Assembly: GCA_001600695.1 (NCBI GenBank) | Contig: BCKQ01000002.1 | Location: forward strand, 1,561,340 to 1,625,339 | Source of the DNA: Ascoidea asiatica JCM 7603 | Lineage: Eukaryota > Fungi > Ascomycota | Direction of reading: 5' to 3' | DNA length: 64,000 nucleotides | Part shown: piece by piece, positions 11,499 to 21,584 of the stretch | How positions within the stretch are numbered: the stretch's first letter is position 1 | Layout of the letters: every line of letters starts with the position of its first letter | The notes under the pieces: generated by a model | The model's input: only the letters and a program-made list of their open reading frames with translations | Database searches by the model: none | Told to the model about the DNA's origin: nothing | Translations under genes and position numbers: made by a program

Positions 11499-13775
11499 AT
11501 GAATAACAAAAAAAATCAATTTCAAAATCATTATCAAAATATGCGGTATGTTATTTTTTCATTTCAATTAAAATGAAATATTAATTAAATGTATGAAGGA
11601 GATTATTATTTGTTATTCGAATATCTTGAATAGCTTGATTAAAAATAGTATATTATGAGTATGTTATGAATAATTTTTAGTGTCCATTTCTTAGTTTCAA
11701 ATTCTTTACAAACATTACTAAATATTCAAAGAGTATTCAAATAATATTAAATATTGAATGATATTAAATAATAAAAAATGGAGCATAAACTAGTTCAATG
11801 AGCATCTTTTCCAAAACTAAATTACAAATTGCAGATACGAAACGTAAAACTTTCTAACTCTGTTATGCTTTTTTACTGTTAAAGACTCCCAGAAAATATT
11901 TTTTTTTCAAATTTCAATTTTAAAAAATAAACAAAAAAAACTTTGATCAAAATAAATCCAAGTTGAAAAATGTGAACTTCTTCACTGAAATCTTATTATA
12001 CAATATTATTTACTTGATATTATTTACTTAATATTATTTACTTAATATCACAAACATTACGCTAATTCCAACAAGGTTTACGGTGTTTAATTTCAGTCTT
12101 TTCTCACAAAAACTTTGCTCAAAATTATGTTTGAAATTTACAATTCCACTAAAACTCCAGAATATGCACAATAAATTAAAATTTCATATCTTTTTTTTTT
12201 TATTTTTTACACTATTCAAGACTATTCACTGTTATTCAAGACTATTCAATAATATTCAAGACTCTTCACTTTCCACTATTTTCTTCATTTTTTCAGCTTT
12301 GAAATCAAATAAGCCTTCATTGATTATTCAAACTATTCACTATTATGCATTGTTTTTTATTCTAAAAATGTTAGATATTTATTTTAGAACTGAAAAATAT
12401 TTTAGAAACATATAAATATAATGAAAAATACTAAAATATTTATAATTATATAAATGTTATTCATACTCCTCTTTATTTTTTTATTTTTTTATATTTTTAA
12501 TTAACCTATACTCACTCACCAAAAAGAATATCAACAATTACTTCACATACTTTATTAATATTTCATTAATATATAGTATAACCAACCTAATACATATAAT
12601 AGGATCCTAAATACTAACATTACATATATTTATATTTATATTTATATTCATATATATTTAGTCTTCCTTCAATAGATCAAATAGGTTTACTGCCTAATTC
12701 TTCAAGTGCTGATATTAATAATACTGATAGTACTAATACTACAACTGTTACTCATAAAAACAATAGAAGTAATAATAATATTAATAATAAAGAAGGAAAT
12801 AATAATTATTCAAATATCAATAATATTAATAATTCCATTTCAATTTATAATAATTATAACAATATTTCAAAAACAAATTTAACACCAAATTCATCTTCTA
12901 TTAATAATAATAATAATCCATATTTAAGTGAAAAATTTAATTATTCAGTAGCAATGTTTAATCCAGATTCTCAAGCTTCAAATTTAAATTTTAGTGAATT
13001 AGTGAATTATGATGATCAAAGACAACAATTTAATAATCCAAATTTATTTAATGGATTTGATAATTTTGAAAATCAATCACAAATTAATCAAATTAATCAA
13101 ATTAATACAAATAATCAAATAAATTCAACTAATCAGGTTAATTTAAATAGTCAATTTAATCAAATTAATCAAAATCCACAACTTCAACAATTTTATCAAC
13201 AATCACAATCACAATCAACAATTTCACAGAATTTACAGATACAACCACAATTAATAAATTATCAATATAATCAAAATATGAATGTTAATATGAATGGAAA
13301 TATTTATTCATATCCTTCACCTACTCCAACTACACCGGATTCTCCAATTAATATGAATAATAATAACAGTAACAATAATAATAATAATATTCAAACATAT
13401 TCACCATTATTAACTAATCCAATATATATAAGTGATAATTCAGTATCATCAAATTTTCCAAATGGTTTAGTTAATGCTTCTACATCTCAAACTATTAATC
13501 CAAATATAAAACATTCTGGTAATACAAAAGTAAAATTTCAAATGAGATGTCAATGTTGTTCAGTAGAAAAAACACCAGAATGGAGAAGAGGACCAAATGG
13601 TTCAAGAACTTTATGTAATGCATGTGGTTTATTTTATGCAAAAGCTATGAAAAAAAAAGGTAGAGCAGAAGCTGTATCTGATATTAAAAAAAAGAAAATA
13701 ATGAAAGATACTATTAGATTAGGAAATGCAAGTAATTTTGCACTTCAACAAAATTTACAATTTGGTCTTTTTTAA
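11499..13775 (+). CDS. GATA zinc-finger transcription factor (C-X2-C-X18-C-X2-C; Brg1/Gat2-like), two exons, ~386 aa
   Basis: Finger CQCCSVEKTPEWRRGPNGSRTLCNACGL. Model: exon1 11499-11545; intron 11546-12661 (GTATGT; TACTAAC 12612-12618; TAG); exon2 12662-13775 open and in frame, giving MNNKKNQFQNHYQNMR/LPSIDQIG. The track ORF 12954-13775 is its 3' part. Confidence 0.8.
12003..12048. repeat. 14-bp tandem repeat ATATTATTTACTTR x3 within the intron
   Basis: Read directly. Confidence 0.8.
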
Positions 13776-15449
13776 CCTAAAGAGAGATCATTTATTTGCT
13801 AAGAAAAAAAAAAAAAAAGGAATTGAATATTCTCTTTTCAATTAATTAATTAATCAATCAATATTCATAAATTATTAAATTCATGTTTATTAACAAATTG
13901 AATGAATGGTTTTATATAAAGCTATAATATATATTTTTTTATCAACATACATATTTTTATTTATTTTTTTTTCAAATTATATAAAAATTATCATTTCATT
14001 TAAAGTGCTTTATTTAATTTCTTTTGAAAAAAAAAATTGTTTTTTACTATAATATAATTATATTTCTATCTATCTATTTAATTATCTCTCTTTAGCTACA
14101 ATCATAAATGTATTACCGGAGTTTTGTAGATACATAATATTTGGATAAAGTCCATTGCATAATGTACAATTTCCAATAAGTTTTAGTGTAAATGTTATGG
14201 TAAATGTTAAATTAAATTGTAAATCTTTTGGTAAATTATATTTAAATCAACTGTAAATCAAATGTAGATCGAGAAAATTTAAGAGATTTGAAATTCAATG
14301 AATCTTTAAACGAATAATTTTATACTACAGCTTTCAATATTGATTTAAACAAAGAGGTATGTTATAAGCTTCAAACAGCATTGTTAATAATAAAATTTTA
14401 TTAATACAATATTATATAAAGTAAGTTATGTAAGATATACTTCCTACTTAAAACATTTATTATAGGGGGGAATTTGTTACATATAGAGAAATCCTTTCGA
14501 TCCTAAGATCCTACAGTATGATCCTATGATATCCAAAGAAAATGGAGATAAAAAAAGAAAGTTATTTTAAAAGGTAATGTAATTCCAATGAAGAAAGCTT
14601 ATAACTTTACGAATTTGATGAAAATTCTAGATATCATTAATTATTGTTATGAAAAGGGAGACAGTTTCTATTGAGATAAAAAAATGAAAAAAAAAAAAGA
14701 TTATTGATTTGAAATTATGAATAAGGTTAATTCATTCTTAAAACTTTTAAAATAAGTAGAATACGCACTGATAATATGAAGAAATGATCATTACTTTTTA
14801 AAATATTATTAAATTTGTAAAAATTTTACTTATTTTATACATTATTTAGAGTCAAAAGTGATTAATTTAGAAATGTAAAAGTGAAAATATTTTGATGAAA
14901 TATACCAAAAAAGAAGAAACTTCTCCTACAGAATTAAACGAACCAATAAAAGACAATTTGTTACAATTTCTACAATTTCTACAATTTCAAAAGTTGGTAA
15001 AATAATTATTAATAATCATTAGTAATAATTGATAAAAAAGACTTTATCTATTTGTGACTATGGGTCAGTAAATCACATTAGACTTTCAAATACTTGTAAA
15101 GATCTTACAACTTGGAGATTTGTAATGGTGGTGGATCAATATAATTCAAAGGTTAATTGAATCGACTTTATTGAAAGATAAATAATATAAAATTCATTAT
15201 TATTATGAAATCAATGAAGCGTAAACACTAAATGAAGAATATTTCCTTACGATTCTTTCATTTATTTTTTTAATAAAGACTAAAATAATTATTAACTAGC
15301 TATCAAAGTAAACATTAATTAATCAAATAACTAATAAATAAATATTAAATAGAAAGTAAATGAATATTAAAAAATGAATATTGACTGAAATATTGATTGA
15401 AATAACACCATTTCCAATGGTACGTATGTTTTCTTTTTATTTACTGTTT

Positions 15450-15780
15450 CTCGTTCATTGTTCGCTGCTTCTCATAGGTGCTTTTCATACGTGCTGAGAG
15501 CGCAGTGGAGGACGATCCGAAGCCCCTATTGGTCCACCCAGACCTCCAAATCCAGCGCTGCGTTCTCTGAGCGCGTTCCTAAATGGCCGTGTTTTCGTGG
15601 CATGCAATTCCCTCTCAGTCGGAATCACAATCAAAATCACAATCACAATCAGACTCGACAACTGTGCACGTTTCTCCTCGCGATTCAACAGCGTGAAATT
15701 GTCTCCGGGCGTGATTCACCTGGGCTTGTTTCCCATGGCGAAACTGAAAAATATACGAATACAAAAGCCAAATGATATCA
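15450..15780. promoter_or_regulatory. GC-rich intergenic island
   Basis: About 50% GC by eye against very AT-rich flanks; approximate limits; no credible protein. Confidence 0.45.
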
Positions 15781-16242
15781 TTAGTAATGGGCCCAACTTA
15801 TTGAAATTAGTGGGAAAAAAAAACTAGACTTGTTACGTTCGTTATCTTTATCAATATGTTTTATATTATCTTTATTATCCATATGCCTGTTAGTCATTTA
15901 AGCAAGCTCTCTTCAAATCCAAGATCGAGCTAAATAGTCTGGCTCAATTTAAAAGTCTCTATGTACACCTTCCTCATTCGGATTGTGGGAAAAGGACAAG
16001 GAAAATGCAGGTAATGCACATATTGGTATTGTCATGCAAGCCCATAACTCCAGTTTATGCGATCCGGAACCTTTATTTTTAAAGTACAGTACTGTAGAGC
16101 TTTCTGCAGACAAAGTATATAAAGTAGATCTAAGCTTTTTTCTGCTTTCCGTAAGTGTTGTGCAGCGTTTTTTTTTTTTTTTTCTGCGCATTATTTGCGC
16201 ATTATTTGTGCGTAATTTGTGCGTAATTTGAAATTGTTTGGG

Positions 16243-18119
16243 TAACATAGCTGATGAATAGAATTACAGTGTTACCCTGCTAATTTAGGGCATTTTGTGG
16301 TGAAAAGAAGTTACAATTTGCAATTTGCAGATATCCTAAATGGAAAAGGTGAGTTTTTCTTTCAAATCCTTATTTGATTATTAAAAATTATTATATCAAA
16401 ATTAAGATGAAATAACCAAATAATGATTTCAGGTTTGAAATAATACATATTTCAAAAGAAGTAAAAAGAGCAAAATAATCATTTTATAAATAAAAACTTA
16501 AAAACTTCCTATCAACAAACTCAGCTTTTATCGAGGTAAGTTTTTCGAATAGAATCTTGGGGGATAATTTATCTTTCTAATTTTAACGAGGAAACATGAA
16601 CTGTCCAACGAGTTATTTATTTTGACACTTTAGATGAAGAACATAACAATAAAATTCAAGATAAAAGTCAAAAAACTTTCATAAATTTAAAACCTCACTG
16701 CTACTTAATACAGGCGATTCAAGTTGCATTCATATCAAGTTGACTTTCCAGATCGTTTTTCCAATTCTATTTCTTCTTTATCTACAATTGATAACAATTA
16801 AGTGCCAGCAGAGCCCAATTGATAACTAAAAGGTAATTTGTGCTATTTTTTCAGTGTCAATATCTAGTTTCAAAAAACATAATTCAAGCTACTTTATTGA
16901 TTTGAAAGACAAGCTTGCAATTAATGAAATAGAAAAAGGAATGTAAATAATAAAGGCCACTTTACTACATCGCATTGTAGGATGTCATATAAAGAAAAGA
17001 TTTTTAAAAATATTCAATAAAAAAGTAGAATACTTCCACTGAATTTTGAATCTAAACCAGTTCAAATAACAAAGGCGATTTTCCAAACGCGAGTATCATC
17101 AAGGAAAGCTGATTTCATTAAATCTACAAAGCAATATTTGATTAGTTGTTTCTCAGCCATAGGGATTAGCCATGCTACAATTATTGTTCTTTAAAAGGAA
17201 CAAACTAGTTTTCCCAAATGAAAAGAAAAGACAAGACGATAAGATGAAAACTCTTAATATAACTTTGGATTTGTTTGAATGATTTTTACAATTAGATAAA
17301 TAATCTTTCAATTAGATTATTAATAAATTTTTAATTGACTCATTAAAAATTGAAAATTAAATTTTTTTTATTTATCTGATTAATTTGAACTAAATTAGAA
17401 CTAAATTATAATTATTGGATAATTCATCTAAAGATAATTGAAAAATTTCATCTGAAGTATATAAATTATTTTGAAATTTTTCAAAATAAAACATATCATA
17501 ATTATCTGGATTTAAAGATATTATTTCAAAAAACATAAGACATTGCTATTGATTCAAATCAATATACTTTATCATAAACTGGTTTACTTTCTCTTTTATT
17601 ACTTTATTTTTTCATTAATTCTTAATATAATATAATGTCATTAATTAATAGTTTAAACATTTATTTCTCAATAATTATATTTTAATTTCAAATTTAGTTT
17701 TCAGTTTCATTAATATGATAATTTTGAATCCAAATCCAAATTCAATTCAATTCAATTCAAAAATGAAAATTTATTAATTTTTAATAATTTCAAATGGCTT
17801 TTATTTTTTTTTTTTTCTTTATTGATATTTTTGAATAAAGATTGTATTATTCTTTTTTTGATATTTTAAACTGTTTATTTTTCTCTTAACCTTTTATTGT
17901 TTTTTTTTTAAGCCTAACTCAATTGTAAATTAGCTCCATCTATAATCATGTTTAGTTGATAACTTTTGAAAGTTTGATAATACTTGAAATTATCTAAGTT
18001 TTCATTTACTGTTTCTAACTTTCAATAAATTTGAAATCATAGATAAAATATCTATGAAAATAATTATTATGCCATAAATTTGCAGGGTAACACCGCAATT
18101 CTATTCATTAGCCATGTTA
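16243..18119. mobile_element. Inverted-repeat-bounded 1.87-kb element (decayed or non-autonomous DNA transposon candidate)
   Basis: Arm 16243-16293 matches the reverse complement of 18069-18119 at 45/51 positions with no gaps. Ends can be read as TA|ACAT...ATGT|TA. No ORF of 60 aa or more inside. Confidence 0.55.
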
Positions 18120-18177
18120 ACTTAATATTTTGATATTTTGAAATAAAAATATTTTTATTTTTATTTTTTTAAAAATT

Positions 18178-18250
18178 AAAGATATTTAATAATCAAAGAT
18201 ATTTAATAAACAAAGCTATTTAATAATCAAAGATATTTAATAATAAAAGA
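18178..18250. repeat. 17-bp tandem repeat AAAGATATTTAATAATC x~4 just 5' of FAL1
   Basis: Read directly; minor unit variants. Confidence 0.75.
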
Positions 18251-18264
18251 ATTATATCTTCAAA

Positions 18265-19652
18265 ATGGATTTTGATAAAGATTTAGATGAGAAATTAGAA
18301 TTTTCAACTTCTAAAAAAGTTAAAGTGTAAGTTATAAGTCGAAAATACTTGAATAATTTTTTCTTTTTTATTATTGATGGAGAAATTTTTTGAAACTAAT
18401 TTTTTTTAATTCAGAATTGATTCAGTCTTACTAATTCTTTGTTTTTAGAGTTCAAACTTGTAAGTTTCAGATTTTTTTTACTTTTTATTATTTACTTCTT
18501 AAATTTTCATTAATACTAACATGTTAATCATAAACTATAGTTGAAGAAATGAATTTGAAAGATAATTTATTAAGAGGAATTTATGCATATGGTTTTGAAG
18601 CTCCTTCTGCAATTCAATCAAGAGCTATATCCCAAATAATAAGTGGAAGAGATTGTATTTGTCAAGCTCAATCTGGTACTGGTAAAACTGGTACTTTCAC
18701 AATTGGTTTACTTGAAGTAATTGATACAAATCAAAGAGATTGTCAAGCTTTAGTTTTATCTCCTACAAGAGAATTAGCTGTTCAAATTCAAAATGTTATA
18801 AAATCTCTTGGTGATTATATGAATGTTAATGTTCATGCTTGTATTGGTGGTACAAGTTTAAACCAAGATATTAAACAATTACAAAAAGGTCAGCATGTAA
18901 TTAGTGGAACTCCAGGTAGAGTTTCAGATATGATTAAAAGAAGAAATTTATTAACAAGACATATTAAAATGTTAATACTTGATGAGGCTGATGAATTATT
19001 ATCAAAAGGTTTCAAAGAACAAATTTATGAAATTTATCGTTATTTACCTCCTGGTACTCAAGTTATTGTTGTTAGTGCAACCTTACCAAATGATGTACTT
19101 GAATTAACATCAAAATTTACAACTGATCCTGTTAAAATTTTAGTTAAAAGAGATGAAATCACTTTAGAAGGTATAAAACAATATTATATTGCCGTTGAAA
19201 AAGAAGAATGGAAATTCGATACTTTATGTGATTTATATGATTCTTTAACAATAACTCAAGCTGTAATTTTTTGTAATACAAAAAAAAAAGTTGATTGGCT
19301 TGCAGAACAAATGCTTAATGCAAATTTTACTGTTGTTTCAATGCATGGTGATATGAAACAAGAAGAAAGAGATCATATTATGAATGAATTTCGTTTTGGT
19401 CATTCAAGAGTTTTAATATCTACTGATGTTTGGGCTAGAGGTATTGATGTTCAACAGGTTTCTCTTGTAATTAATTATGATTTACCAAATGAAAGAGAAA
19501 GTTATATTCATAGAATTGGTAGATCTGGTAGATTTGGTAGAAAAGGTGTAGCCATAAATTTTGTTACCAATGATGATATTCATATATTAAAAGATATTGA
19601 GAAATTTTATAGTACTGAGATCTCTGAACTTCCTAGTGAATTAGATTTATAA
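18265..19652 (+). CDS. FAL1: eIF4A-III-type DEAD-box helicase Fal1, three exons, 394 aa
   Basis: [35 protein letters not shown]. Exon1 18265-18326, exon2 18449-18459 (11 nt), exon3 18541-19652; both introns GTAAGT...TACTAAY...TAG. Spliced N-terminus [30 protein letters not shown] is Fal1-like. Confidence 0.93.
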
Positions 19653-20077
19653 ATAAACGAGAAAAACTAATAAAAAAATAAATAACATAATGTAAACTTG
19701 TATAATAACTCATTAAAAAATCACGAATTTGAATAAAATGTTTTAGCTGTTTGAAATTTTGTATTTTGTGTTGCTAATATCTATGGGCCAAATAAACGGA
19801 CTTAGTTTTATCATTTTAGAGATACCGCTTAAATGGGTAAAAGCAAAATAAAACTAAAACTTGAAAGAATTTCAATTAGATCAAATTCCAAATTGAGTTA
19901 ACAAACTATTCATTCTTTGAAATTAATAATAAAATAAGCATAATTTTGTAATCATACAATTCCATAGTTTTTCTTAGCTCATTGTTTTTTAGAATTGATC
20001 CATTGATTATATTACTCGCAATATCTTATATTATAAATGTTCATTTTCATAAGTCAAACAATTACTTGTTAACAATA

Positions 20078-21391
20078 ATGCGGGAGGAAAGAAAAAAGAA
20101 ATACACATTGGAAGATATAGAAAGGGAAGAAGCAGACAGAGACAAACACAGAGAACATTCAGGATCAAGAAGAACACATATATCAAACGAAGATCATGAT
20201 ATAGATGGTGATTATGAAGAAGAACAAGAAGAAGAATTAGTTAGTTTTTTCAATGTAACAAATAAATCCAAGAATTCTAAAAATAATAAGAGATCAAATT
20301 CTTCTTTTGAACAAGAATATAATCATTCTCCCAATAATTCCAGTGAAGAATCAATATATTCAATAGAAAGTGAAATTATTGATGAAAATGATTTCTCAAT
20401 AAGTCCAATTCCAAAAATTGAATCAATTTTGGTGGTTGATACAAATTTCATGTTACAAAACTTGGATCTGTTGAAAAATATATTAACATTGAGTAAAAAA
20501 TATCATCATAGAATTGTAGTTCCAATAACAGTTGTAGAGGAATTAGATGGTTTGAAAAAAAGTAAATGGGAAGCTAGAACTGCTGTTGATTGGTTATTTA
20601 AGAAAATTTCAATTGGAACTCCCAATCTTCATTTACAAAAAGAGAAAGAAGTAATAGATTCAACAAAAACCAAAGATGATTCAATTATGGATTGTTGCTT
20701 ATATTTTAGGAGAATTCTTGGAAAAATTGTTGTTGTTTTATCAAATGATAAGATATTATGTTTAAAAGTTATTAAAGAAGGCATTTTAACTATAAGTTTT
20801 ATAACAAATATGAAGGCATTGAAAATTTGTCAAATAATATATGAAGAAAATATAAAAAGAACTCTTAATTCTGAAATTTATTCTCAGGATAATTTTACAA
20901 TCAATGAATTAAATCGTGATATAAATCAGGATAATATTATTAAAACTGATATAAAAAATGACTTGAATTTAAATGGAAATAATAATCCCTATTTAAATTA
21001 TGAATTTAGTGAAGTGGTTGAAAAAATTTATACAGATATATTAATTTTAATCCGTAATAATTTAAACCTGAGATTAAAAGATTTTTCTGTTAATATTCAA
21101 TCATATAATGAAATTATTTTAGCTTTACGACATTTTTGGGAAATGATCAAATATGATTTTCAATTTTGTAAAGAAATTAACATTGAAACAATTTTATTTT
21201 CCGAAAACCAAGTATATAATGAAATTAGATATAAATTAGTTAATATTCCAACTAGCTCACTCGATTTCAAAGACTTTATTAAATTTTGGAGTGCAATTCT
21301 AGATGGACTATATATATATATGGATAAGGAGGAAATAAATTCCTTAGAAGAACTTAAATATTTCTGGAAAGATGCTTCAAATTCGCATTAA
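20078..21391 (+). CDS. SWT1: PIN-domain endoribonuclease Swt1
   Basis: First ATG 20078; PIN motifs VVDTNF, YHHRIVVPITVVEELDGLK, DDSIMDCCLYF, LSND. Confidence 0.85.
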   Translation: MREERKKKYTLEDIEREEADRDKHREHSGSRRTHISNEDHDIDGDYEEEQEEELVSFFNVTNKSKNSKNNKRSNSSFEQEYNHSPNNSSEESIYSIESEIIDENDFSISPIPKIESILVVDTNFMLQNLDLLKNILTLSKKYHHRIVVPITVVEELDGLKKSKWEARTAVDWLFKKISIGTPNLHLQKEKEVIDSTKTKDDSIMDCCLYFRRILGKIVVVLSNDKILCLKVIKEGILTISFITNMKALKICQIIYEENIKRTLNSEIYSQDNFTINELNRDINQDNIIKTDIKNDLNLNGNNNPYLNYEFSEVVEKIYTDILILIRNNLNLRLKDFSVNIQSYNEIILALRHFWEMIKYDFQFCKEINIETILFSENQVYNEIRYKLVNIPTSSLDFKDFIKFWSAILDGLYIYMDKEEINSLEELKYFWKDASNSH

Positions 21392-21584
21392 TAAAAGCAA
21401 AATAATTTTAATTCTGTAAGATAAAAAAAGAAAAAGAAAAAAAAAATAAGTATATACTAGTGATTGTTACAAGATTAAACAATAATATTATAGCAGCGAG
21501 ATTTCTAATAGAAAATCGTTTATTATATAAATATTAAATAAAGGATAGTATTTTTTTTTAGTATTAATAAATATTATGAATAAA

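Noticed and set aside
12083-12415. 110-aa GTG-started ORF
   Set aside because: Lies inside the predicted GATA intron and is built from AT-rich repeats.
15458-15827. Overlapping short ORFs in GC islands (also 24411-24672, 38211-38588, 49757-50341, 54853-55398)
   Set aside because: Local GC lowers stop frequency; many have non-ATG starts, codon usage is unlike real genes, and no motifs are recognisable.
16590-17545. Peptide fragments inside the IR element (VIYFDTL on +; KYCFVD..TRVW and MFFEIISLNPDNY.. on -)
   Set aside because: Under 60 codons each; resemblance to transposase or protease motifs is too weak to call without a profile search.
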